A program made the translations under genes and the position numbers. Below the pieces are notes generated by a model, which saw only the letters and a program-made list of their open reading frames with translations, searched no databases and was not told where the DNA came from. From positions 251,169,741 through 251,233,740 of the forward strand of contig CM041465.1 in the NCBI GenBank assembly GCA_023213395.1: DNA of 64,000 bases, read 5' to 3'. Position 1 is the stretch's first letter, and each line of letters opens with the position of its first letter. Below, in pieces: positions 27,821 to 42,325 of the stretch. Source of the DNA: Cycas panzhihuaensis (lineage: Eukaryota; Plantae; Cycadophyta).

Positions 27821-28270
27821 TGTCTTTATATCTTTTGCATAGCAAGCACATCATACAATAGAAGAACAAATACATAAAAGACATAGGTTTATGTGGGAAA
27901 CCCTTTCAGGAAAATATCCACCACAAAAGTTTAACTTTATTAGAAACATCAATGATTATATTATAGATCAACAAATGATTAAAACTTAGATGATTGGATA
28001 TAACTCAATGATTTGATGATTTTTTAACCCTACCATGGATCCTTTCTATATGATCTAAAGGGTACGTCTATCTAAGAGTTACAACTCTTCATCATGTCTC
28101 ATGACTTTTCATTGCATCCTATCAAATCTCAATACTTGTGTCTCTTCATATCTTTATTCTTTGTGTCCCTTTGAATCTTGATACTCACGCCTCTTCATAT
28201 CTTGATTCTCCTTATGACCACATGAAATATTAACTTGTCATATGTTAATCTTTGGCTATACTTGTTAACA
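27821..28270 (-). repeat. 3' LTR of Copia F
   Basis: TG...CA followed by PPT complement TCCCTCTTTAA. Homologous to 63219-63640. Confidence 0.8.
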
Positions 28271-28374
28271 TCCCTCTTTAATATAAATGTGGGATTTAGG
28301 ACTCAATATAAAGTTACAAATTAATCTTATATCATAGTATAATAATCTTCCCTTAAGGAAAAACCTGGTGCAAG

Positions 28375-31300
28375 CTTAATCCAATGTAGATTCTTCTAAA
28401 ATGATCTTTAATAAGTGACTTTATAAATATATATTTTAGTTGTTTATCACTTAGATAATATTCCACATTCAAATTTCCTGCTTTGACCATCTCCTAAATG
28501 TAATGGTGTTGTATCTCAATATTTTTGGTTCAACCATGAAACTCATGATTCTTCAATGGTTGATTAATACTTTGATTATCTATAATAATAATCATTGTAA
28601 TACTTTGAGAATACCAACATTCTTTTCAACCAAATTGCTTCATAAGCACCTACTAAGAGTCCTTAGTACTCCACCTTAGTATAATATAATGTAACATTTT
28701 ATTATTTCTTTGATTACCATGACACTAGTCTAGCATCAATATTAAATGCATATCCTACAGTAGATTTTCTATAATTGAAGTTGCTACCCCAATTAACATT
28801 AGTGTAACCTTACAATCTTATATCACCATCTCTTAGATACTCCAAGCCAAGATTTAGAGAATCCTTAAAATATCTCAAGATCCTTTTTGTTACAACCTAA
28901 TGTGGTTCTTGAGGATTTTGCATATATTGAGAGACTAACCTAACAACATAGGTAATATTAAGCTTGGTATGAGTCAATTAGATTAGACTCCTTACTAACC
29001 TTTTGTACAGTATCCTATAAACTATAAGCTTATATATATTCTTCATAAGTTTTATGCCTTTGATATATTATATTTTCATTAGCTTTTAATTTATCATTTT
29101 GAACTTTTCAAGCAATGATTCAACACACTTCCTCTATGGCACCAAAATCTTATCTTTTAGTTTCCTTAATTTTGATGGCCAAAAAATTAGTGGAGTGGCC
29201 CCATGTCAAAATTCTTTTATGGGTGTATTTTCACCACCATAATCTTCTCATGATGATTCCCTATAATGTTCAAATCATCAACATATAGAACAATAGCCAT
29301 GATTGATACAATAATCTTCTTGACATATAGATCCAACTCTAGACCTATTATAATAGATCCTTCCTCCTTTAAGGTTGCATCAATCTTCTCAAAGCATGCT
29401 TGTGGTGCTTGCTTTAGGCCATACAAGGATTCCTTTAAATGACACACAAGCTTTTCATTTTTTTTGTCAAGGAAACCAAGAGGTTGTACCATATAAATCT
29501 TGCTTTTTAGTTCTCTATTAAGGAATACAGAATTTATATCCATCTGATGTATCTTAAATCTAAATTTAATTACAATTGAAAGGATTAATCTAACCATAGT
29601 CATCTTTGAAATCGGTGTAAATGCCTTATCATAATCTATCCCTTCTTATTTAAAACCATGGGTAACAAGTCTAGCCTTAAACTTTCCATCTCACTTTCAA
29701 CTCAAAATTTTATTTTATATACTAACTTACATCTGACTAAGCTTTTCCTTAGAGATAATGAAACTAAATCTTGAGTTCTATTCTTGACTATAGAACTATA
29801 CTCCTCCTCCATTGGAGCTCACCATTAAGGATTCTTCTCTACCGTAGCAAAAAGAATTTAGCTCATAAGAGTGAATATTCTTAATAATAAGAGAATGACT
29901 AGCATACAAAGTTTTAATTCTTCATTTATTTAATGGGTCTATAGCCACTCTAGAGGCTTTAATTATCTTCCTTACCCATAATAAAATCAAGGATCTTAAT
30001 GTTGCTACCACCTCCTCTTGTGATTGTTGTTCCTTAATATCTCTATTAATTCACCTAGCTTTATTATGATTCTTAAATTTAGCATCTAACCATGAATGAG
30101 TTAGTAGAAATGGCAGATTTGAAACATTTTTAGATGTAATACTTACAACATGATATGTCATTGACTCATTGAACTAAACATCCCAACTAACCTCAAGAAT
30201 TTTTAATTCTAGATCCCACTGTTAATAACCTTTACTCTAATTAGAATACTTCACGGAGATGTATTTTTTACTCTTATGATCCATCTTCTTATATTTATTA
30301 CCAGGGATGTGTGTATATGTAATGTATCTAAAGGCCTTAAAATAATCAATAGAAGTCTTTTAACTAGTCTATTTTTCTTCTAGAATCATGCCATAGACTA
30401 CTTTAGTTAGTACCTAGGTTTAACACATGAATAATAGTCCCTACATTTACCTAATAGCTCTATAGAAAATTCCATGTATGCACCATACACATTTCCATCT
30501 TCATCATGCTATGATTTTTTAACTTTGTAATATCATTTTATTGTGGGGTATATAGGATTATAAATTCTCATCTAATACCATGTCTAAGACAAAACTAATT
30601 AAAGGCATGGTTGTCATATTCATTTTTGATATCACTCATTAAAACTTTTATCTTTTTTATTACTTTGATTTTCAACTCCAATTTTCAATTCTTAAAATCG
30701 ATCAAACACTTATAACTTGCTCTTTAGAAAATACACCAAGGTTTTCCTAGTGTAATCATTTATAAATACTGAGATATATTGAGCTCTATTAAAGGATGGA
30801 ATGGGGAGTAGACCCATCAAATCTGAGTGTATAAGCTATAACTTCTCCTCAGATCTCTAGGATTTATCCAAAGTAAAAGGACATATGTGATGATTACCAT
30901 ATATATATCCTTCATATATACTATCTGAACATGAGATCTATGGAAATCCTTCCATCATCTTCAAGTTGTTTATCAATGATATATTACCATAATTAAGATG
31001 CCTTAGCCTTTCATGACATAGTTGAATATTGTCATCTACACTGGTAATGAAGGCATATGGTCGATTTAGATTCTATAATTCTTTTAACACCCAAAAGTTA
31101 TTCTTCACTCTTCAAGTTGCAATGATAACAAAGCATTTCTTTAGATCCTTATTCAAGCATTTATCTTTATAAAGCTTGATCTTCAAACCATTTTTGTATT
31201 TTTTTGAGCTAATAAAATGTTTTCCTTTATTTATGGTGCATAATAAACCTAGTAAAAATTCCCCCTATAAGATTTACTATTCTAAGACCCTTAATAAGTA

Positions 31301-32258
31301 TAGCACATGCATCACCAAGTATAATTTGAAAATCACAAGGTTTAACATTTCATGATGTGAACTTCTCTTTGGAGAAAGTTATATGCCATTGCACTCTAGA
31401 ATAAAAAATCTACCTATCCTTTTACAATGAGGGTCTTATCATTTTATAATAGAATTAAATACCATTTTCCTTTACCTTGCATGATTTTTACTTCTTTTTC
31501 TAATAATTTACCTCTTTATGGCCAACCCTCTTGTAATAGTTATAGGTTTTATTGAACCTCTTCTTCTTCTTTAGCTTCTAGTTTTCTGAAGTACTGGACT
31601 TTTATAAACCTTTCTCCTTTTGATTAACTCCCAATCTTTGTGTTTTTGTCACCAAAGCATGATTGGGTTTAGAACCTTAAAACAAACCATGATGCTTTAG
31701 CTTAGCATCCTCATCCAAAATCATGGATTTCAACTCATCAAATTCCATCTACTTTATGATAGAATCCTTGGCATAGATAGTCTAAAATATAGCAAATATA
31801 ATTGGCAATTTACATATGACAAGAGTATATAATAATTCCTTATCAACAATTCCTAATTTAATTACTTCAAGTTTGTTTCTCAAACTCATTACCTTATTAA
31901 GGTAAGAACTAATATTCTCATCTTAAATTATAGTATTCAATAACTGCATTAATAGAATAACATGACAATTTGACTTTAATATCTCAAAGGTCTTCTGTAT
32001 TTTTTTCTATATATCATTCAATAATTTAAGGTTATAAATTAGTTCTCTCTTATCTAAAGGAAGAGATAAAGTCAATAAAGTAATTACCATGAACTTCTTC
32101 TCTTCCAACCAATTTCTCTCCTTCTCATCAAGGGGAATAGTAGTAATCAAATCTTTAGTGATTACCCATAGCTAATTTACCATTAAATACAACTCCATAT
32201 TTGACTTTTATTTATTGAAATTATTACCATTAAAAATCACAATCAACAACTTCTCCAT
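28375..32258 (-). pseudogene. Copia F gag-pol, heavily degenerate
   Basis: MEKLLIVIFNGNNF start, HSDLMG integrase remnant, IHQMDINSVFLN..LYGLKQAP..LYVDDL (RT), TKNIEIQHHYI (RNase H). Confidence 0.9.
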
Positions 32259-32592
32259 AAAAAAGTCTAAAGATAATATAAGTGCAAATTTACTAATGAA
32301 TACCTTTGCAGATCAAATGATTTTATAAAACACATTAATGCCAATAAATGTGGCTCACAGCCTTGTCATACATATCCTCCATCTTGTTTTGTATCCACAA
32401 CATCTTTTCTTAGCCCTAACACATTTAATAAAATGAACTTACACTAATAGTTTTCCAAACATAAATATATAAATAAGAATCTTAGACTATATTACAACAC
32501 TTTATTACAATTTGTAAGATGGGTTATAAAGAAGAACTCATAAGCTCACTAAAAAGCACTAACAGAACATTAAAAAAGGGGTACTAAAGTAC

Positions 32593-33106
32593 TGTTAGAA
32601 TATGTGATTATTCACATATTTAATATTTAACGTTAATATTGTGAATACACATAAAATATCACTTATCAAATATATTAAAAGATGTGAAATACACACTTAT
32701 ATATGTAAGCATCTTATTAGATGATATAAAGACTCAAGAGACATAATAAGCTGCTCATGAAGTGACTATTTGTGTAAATATGTACACACACCACTTGATA
32801 ATTTGAGAAAGGTTTTTGGCTTGGAGATGTAATCATTTTAATATCTAAGAGGAGCTCTTAACTCCAACCTTCTCTCATGGTTTTTTCCATGCTAGGTTTT
32901 TCATGTATAAATCTATTGGCTCTCTTGTGGTGAATGCTTGATTGATTTTATACTTTATAATTCATGTTATTTCTCATTATATTCATCTTTATATATATGA
33001 TCTATATATATTTCTTATAATATAATTTATTACATATACATACTTAATATACATCCACTATAATATTTAACATATCATAACATGGTATCAAACTTAAATT
33101 ATAATA
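32593..33106 (+). mobile_element. Solo LTR inserted in the 3' LTR of element E
   Basis: Absent from the partner LTR at ~51793. Starts TGTTAG. Flanks AGTAC/AGTAT. Confidence 0.85.
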
Positions 33107-34302
33107 AGTATAACCTCTAGAAAATGACAAGATTTAATAAACTTCCATTTATAATAAGTTATCCTTAAATAAGCAAGAGAGCCCCACTTGCACAATATAC
33201 CATTGGTAGAAAAAATAACTTTAATTTCTATTAGCAAATATAAGTAATTCATATATAAATTTAATGGCTGACACTAACCATCAAAGTCTTCTTATCATAA
33301 GTGTAAGCTTAGCCATTTTCGCCTAGTAAAGAGTGGTCATGTAACAAGTCCCCTCCTCCTAGATGTTGAGTCCTCAAAGCTAAGAAGAAGATGAGGATGC
33401 TACTTAACAAATTTGGTAAACTCTCATGTTGTTTAGTCTTATTGACAATTGGTACACTATACTATGTACTAAAAAATGGTCCTATTTCAAAGGTAATATT
33501 AAGAGTTAATGAGAAAACGGTCAAGTAAAACAATGAGATGTTACTCTTCATCTAAAATTAGTAAGGTAAATCGAGGTTTCATATTCTTATTAAGTTTTTT
33601 CTTAAGGCATGAAACATGGAATATGTTGTAGAGTTTTATATTAGGGGGGGATCTTAAGTGCATATGTAACTTTACTGATTCATTGAAGAACCTTGTATGG
33701 GCCATAATAATGAGGACTTAATATATGGATTTTATGACTTTTGATGAACTATTACTTATACAATTGAATTTGTGTTGGGTTAATGCTTATCACCTAACCT
33801 TACATTGGGACCATGTGAGTTGTCCCTATCCATTAGGTGAGATTATTTTATTATGTTTTGTTATTATTTTACTATATTTCAAATTTCAAGTTAAGGAGGG
33901 CTCTTGCCTTCCTCCTATATATTTATTCTTTGGGGCCAAAACCACTGCTGTTCTTAAACACTACCTCATAAAGGAATTTTATGTATTCTCTTCACAATGA
34001 CATAAACGCCTTATATTTGAATCTTATTTGTAATTTGGATTAAGATTAATATTTACCTTCTCTGCTCTTGTCTCCAATAACCAACATTTGGTATTAGATC
34101 CAACCTAGGTGTACATCCTCTAGCTCCTCATATGCTCAGTACAAGTATAGCATATGGCTTCTTGTTGGATTCCTTGTAGACTCATCTACTCACTAGAGAA
34201 ATTGATTTGAAGTTTTGCCTCCTCTGAAAGAAGATCTCACTCTCTAAAAGATTAGCCTTCTCCATACTAGTCACTGCCACTTACTAGGTTTTTTCATGAG
34301 TT

Positions 34303-36472
<2,170 letters not shown>

Positions 36473-37974
36473 TTTCTCCATTAACATTATGAGTGATAAG
36501 ATCATGTTATATTATATTGGCCTTTTATTTTTTTTCTCTCGTCCTCTTATTTACGTATTGAATAAATCATTCCTTCATTGGTAACTCTAGCTCCACCATT
36601 CGTCTCTAATATTTAGAAATGTCTCTTTGTTTGAAATATCTCTCTATCTAGTTGTGAAGTTTATAGGTTACTTTTTATATTCTCCCCCTTTCATGTGACT
36701 ATACTTTTAATCAGTCACTTAACTAGGCTAAGCAGTGTCCTCTAATAGATTCAGGAACTAAGAGTAACATCGAGGTATTTTCCCTCAAAACTGTGATAGT
36801 CTATGCCAGAGAAATCCTCGACTAGGTGATCTTAGGGCCACAGTTTTTCCCATTGATAAAATTACTCCATAAAAATCCCTTACCTACTAAGAAACAAACC
36901 TGGATATGCTCTCACATATTCAAAGTAATCAAGGGCTAGTCTAGTAAGGGGGCTTAACCCCCCTTCTTTATTTTTTGTGCCAAAAAGAGGTCCTTGTATG
37001 TTTTTCATAATAATTTTTAATCCAGGAGCTTGCTTTTCAAATGATTAGATCCGTCAAAAAGATTTTTTGATTCTCTATGCATTGGAATATATTTTATTAT
37101 GATCTAACATTATTCTATAGGGTTTTGAAGCTGATAAAGTTAAAGATTCTATTTGGTCCTAAGTTGACCTATTTTTTGAATATTTCAAGTAATTTTTTAT
37201 TCTAATTTAACATATTTATTTACTATCGAGCTACTAATTAGGTATTGACAAATTTTGCTAATTTTAAAGGCTCATAACTTAATTTTGTGGCCATTTAGCT
37301 TTATTTCAACCTCCTAAATAGAAGGAGCCTCTTTGAGAATAAAAACAACAAAATAGTATATTCAAATCCCTTCTAACTTTATTATAAAGTTGTCATTTTA
37401 TATTCTAGCCTATAAAGTTGATTCTAAAGCTCTTTAAGGTATATTTTTTCACTTATTCAAAGTCGTTCTTTTACCTCTTTAAAGTTTTTCAATGTGCATT
37501 TAGATCATTCAAGGAAAAGCACTACATTCCTCCTAAAACTTATTTGAATTGTTGTAGAAGCTTGTTATACAAAGAGCATTTTTTCAGTACTAAGTTATAT
37601 TCTCATTTATTAAAGATATATTTATTTAAAATTTTATATATATTTCAAGTTATCTTGACTCACTAGTAAAACATATTCAATGTGACTTAAGGCCATTGCA
37701 TTTGAAAGCTCAAAGGTACATTATAGTGCATAACTACAAGGTCATTATTAGTCTTTTATTTTATTAAGATTCATATATATACATCACTATTTGAAAAGAT
37801 CATTAATTGATTATTAGTTTTAATCCAAAATAACATTTATCTTACTTTAAAGGAGATTTATTGTATATTGTAGATTTATTTATTATTTTTAATTTGAAGG
37901 GATATATTCTTTATTTCTATGTTATTATCCTTCATTGATTAAAGAAGAATCTATGTTAAAATCATGATTAAAAG

Positions 37975-40900
37975 TGTTAGGATTAGTAATTTAACAAGCA
38001 TATCAAACCCTAATGGTGAGCAATAAAAAGATGAAGTATGCACAGAATAGACACCATGTTGGAGAATTGGCCAAAACTCAATTATGAATAAATAAGAGTA
38101 CATACTTATAGTACAACCTCACTACTAGAGAAAGAACCCCATTGGACTACTTAGAGGTGGCACACATATCAAAGTGGCCCACAACTCTAATACAATATAC
38201 AAAAGATAGAGAGACTTTACATAGGGCTAATGGAATTGAGTATTACACCCAACATTCCCCCCTGTAATAGTCAATTACATAAATGTCGTCACTTCAATGA
38301 TAAGCTCAAGTCTCCAAAACACTGCTGGATCATAAACACTGCTACACTAAATAAGAAAGCTGCTGAAGTCTATATGAAGAGGAGTCCATCTACCGGAATA
38401 CATGGGTTATCACCGTGCCGCCTTGATTGGTAGGAACTCCCTTTGTATACATGGAGCAATCAGGAGCTGGCAAGAGTAGCTATATAAGGTCCCACCCCTT
38501 GCTCATATGGGAGTGCAAGCAGGAAAAAATATATATAAGAAACACATGGCACATAGCACATGGTAAGAGTCTCCAAAAGTCTACTGGATTATAAATGCTG
38601 CTGGATGATAAACACTGCTGCACTGAATAAGAAAGCTGTTGAAGTCCATATGAAGTGGAGTCCATCTACCAGAATGCATGGGTTATCAGCCGCTGCAACC
38701 GCTAGTTGGGTAGGAACTCTCTTTGTATACGTGGATCAATTAGGAGCTGGCAAGAGTAGCTGTATAAGGTCCCACCCCTTGCTCATATGGGAGTGCAAGC
38801 AGGAAAATATATATGTATAAAGCACATGGCAGGCAAGAGTAGCTTCTAAAAGTGTGTCCTACCTCTTGCTCAATAGGACTAGCACTTCTTCGGCATCTAA
38901 TGGCCAAAAATACAATGGCACTATGGCCTCAAACATGCCACATGGGCTAAAAAGATGCCTCATTGGGATAACAACTTGCCACCATGGGCAAAAATAACCA
39001 GCATTAGAAATTTTTACATGACTGAAAATGATATGTGACTTGTGTAGCACATGTGACTCTCTCTCATAAATGAAGTACAATATGATCACAATGGGTTCTT
39101 AAAGAGCTAAAAAGAAGTCCATAGTACATGTCATCCCCTCTATTCAGGGTACATTATATCAAGAAGCCTTGCAAATGCAATATGTGCCTGAAGAAACTAA
39201 AAAAAAAAATGAAGATAAATAGGAACTTGTGACTTTTAACTTAAAAATCTCCATAAAAATAGCTCCAAAATATGTCAAATGACCTGTCAAACGAAAGGTC
39301 TCCCTGTCACGAATCCAACGCAATAGATGAAACTAAAATCGGACCTCCCAATCTCAAGATACAGTAAAAAATGTGATAAGTACTCCTTAGTAATACTGAA
39401 AAAAGGATGAAATCGAGATTAGCCCCCTTCATAAGCTGACAGCAGGTCATATAAGCCCACTATGTGACTGGGGCTAAAGTGATGAGGAGCTGGATGGACT
39501 TCAAAACACTATATAATTTAGTTTATTCAAAATTTTAAAACAAAAAAATAAACCCTTTCTTAAAACAACTTCACGTCTGCTGCTAAATTAAAAGGATATT
39601 AAAAATTTATTATCATTAACCATATTAGGGTTTCGTCCAAAAGAATGAGTGAACGGGCCACTACTATTAATGTGTAGGTCACCGCCATGGATATTTGCAG
39701 GTCAATGATGGAGAGAAAGGTTACTGCCATGAACAGAGGGACGAAGCCATGAACAGAGGAGCTCGTCTTGATCGTTACTCTATTTCAGACATCTAGGGGG
39801 GGATCCTGTGACCTAATGTCGGCCAATTATGCTCAGGATTCATAGCTTGTTTCTACAAATGGTATGCTTGGACCTGCTCTCTGGACATTGACGTCGTTTG
39901 AATCGAATGGCTTGTTTTCTCTTCTGAGACCCTTTGCATCTCTTCACGAATGCCCATCGCCTTATGCAAATGCCATAGAACGTCCTTCATCTTTGCCTCT
40001 GCCTTTGGATCTGATATTACACCACCCAGGCAACTCTTCACGATGATTGTTTCAGTAATGACGAGCTCAAATAATGGCCACTACGAACCAGCAAACGACT
40101 CCTTTCCCACAGTCTTATGGAGTAAGGTGAAATGCGATTGGCACTTCAACGTTCCTACTAGCTTGGTGGGTCTTTCTCCTGGCGTATGGCTGATTAAATA
40201 TGCCTTTCACATCCTTGTTTAGCTTTGCTAGATGCCAGGTTATAGAGGTCCTATGCCGTCTGTCTATATTTACTCCACATTACTCACGTAGTAGTATCTT
40301 TGCAACAAAAATTTTGAACCATGGTCCCCTGCCACACAGATCTGTAATAATTGTCCTTTGATGTCTCATTCCATGGATGGCTTTTCTGGAGTTCTTTTTT
40401 GCTGCTTTCTCTAACCGTGGGTTACTTTGCCCTTTTCAACTGACTTTTGATAGTTGCTTTAGCATGGGCTTTCTACTCCATTCGTTATATGCTCTGGACA
40501 TGGGTTTTAAGCTCTCCACAATAGTCCCATGTTGCATTTACCTAGAAGGTAGAATGCCTCTGCATTCTATGTTGCTCTCAATAATGATGCACAACAAACT
40601 AAGACTCTTGCATCCTGAAAGCTATTTACCTGCATTCTTTCTCTGGCTGCTCATTAATAAGCTAATTTGGCAGAGACCTCTTTTTTTTTTTTTGGTGAAA
40701 AAAATACATGAGAACAGGGCAAATTTTGAAGGCCTTAGATACAAAAAAAATTTCTGAATATTTTTCACATAAAATGAGTACATATCAATAGAAAAAGACA
40801 TGATCTTTATCCACCTGTAGATCTGCAAAAAAATTTGAAATAGAGTCACTCTTGGCCAAGAAGGACTCTCTCAACTGCTGTCAACGATCATGGTTGCATT

Positions 40901-41575
40901 CTTGTCCATTGACATACAATGGAGATGGTCTTCCAGTAATTGGAATCTGAACATAAGCTTTCATGGACTTTCACCTGCATGCAATATTATTGTGGCACCA
41001 CATGTGGAGAAGATGTCCATTCGAGCAACATCAACAGGCTTCAAAACAGTTATAAAACTTCAAAATAGGCTTGAAAATAGCCTCTCATCACCATCAAAAT
41101 ACCCCTTCAAAACTTGATAACTGTCCCATAACAAAATATGCATCAGATATAACTTGAAATGATCTTCAACTTGACAAAGTCATGAAACAAGTACATCAAA
41201 AAATTTGCAAGGCTTGAAAGCTCAAAAACATGAATGACATGTACTAGGATTTGCAAGAAAGGCCTCCAAGGGTTGAACCTTGGGCTCTGATACCATGTTA
41301 GGATTAATAATTTGACAAGCATATCAAACCCTAATGGTGAGCAACAAAAAGATGAAGTATGCACAGAATATACACCATGTTGGAGAATTGGCCAAAACTC
41401 AATTATGAACAAATAAGAGTACATACTTATAGTACAACCTCACCACTAGAGAAGGAACCCCATTGGACTACTTAGAGGTGGCACACATATCAAGGTGGCC
41501 CACAGCTCTAATACAATATACAAAAGATAGAGAGAGTTTACATAGGGCTAATGGAATTGAGTATTACACCCAACA
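37975..41575 (-). mobile_element. Element C: 3.6-kb non-autonomous LTR element nested in B
   Basis: LTRs 37975-38254 and 41296-41575 (280 bp, few mismatches). TSD AAAAG. PBS complement GGGCTCTGATACCA at 41282-41295. PPT complement TTCCCCCCT at 38255. No clear RT or integrase motifs. Confidence 0.93.
38308..38832. repeat. ~260-280-bp tandem duplication next to the PPT of element C
   Basis: AGTCTCCAAAA...CTGCTGGAT..TAAACACTGCT...GGAGCTGGCAAGAGTAGCT..ATAAGGTCCCACCCCTTGCTCATATGGGAGTGCAAGCAGG occurs twice. Confidence 0.9.
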
Positions 41576-41707
41576 AAAAGTTCTTGTAAAATTAGACTTA
41601 TTGCATATTTCAAGTCATTTATTAATTTGAGGTTAAGAGGCTTCTTATTTATTCATTAAGATCATCTTTTGGATTATATATTAAAGTCTCTTATAATAGC
41701 CACTTAT

Positions 41708-42325
41708 ATGGACGATATGATGATTCCCATGTTTAATGGCACTAGTTTCTTATCTTAGAAGAATTTGATGAAAACACTCTTTATCACCCAAGATTTATGG
41801 AACTCTGTAAAAGATGTATATGACCCATGTTTTAAAGAAGACATAAAAAAGGATAATGAGGCCTTAACCCTAATGTTTGGTGCAATAGATGACAATATAT
41901 TTTCTAGCGTAAGTGAGTTAACTACTTCCAAATCTGTATGGAATACCCGAGAATCATTTTATGGGGGAGATACTTTAGAATTAAATGTTACTAATTATAT
42001 TAATGATGCTTTTCCTATGACATAGATGTTAGAGCAAGTGATTTTTGATGAAAAGATTAATGTTACATATACTAGTGTAGACTTCAATAAAATTGATGAC
42101 TCTAATTATGCATTTGATGAGATTGTATACACCTTAGACTTGATTAATGGAAAAGACATAAACAAAGTCATTCCTACTCATTTGAATCAAGCCATGCCTA
42201 CTTGGAAGTCACTTGAACCATATAGTATTAAAGAGACACACATTGTTGAAAGGACGATAAGGCAAGTTGATGACCACTTCATGAATAATAATAAAGCCAA
42301 AGGACCATATGAGCCACCCCCATAA
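41708..42325 (+). pseudogene. Copia gag N-terminal remnant of element B
   Basis: MIPMFNGTSFLS*KNLMKTLFITQDLWNSV...KKDNEALTLMFGAIDDNIFSSVSELTTSKSVW is colinear with the gag of A. Confidence 0.82.

Noticed and set aside
36575-36930. Possible antisense coding cargo in B (DYFEYVRAYPGLFLSR...)
   Set aside because: About 9 stops in 120 codons is what random AT-rich DNA gives, and no family was recognised.
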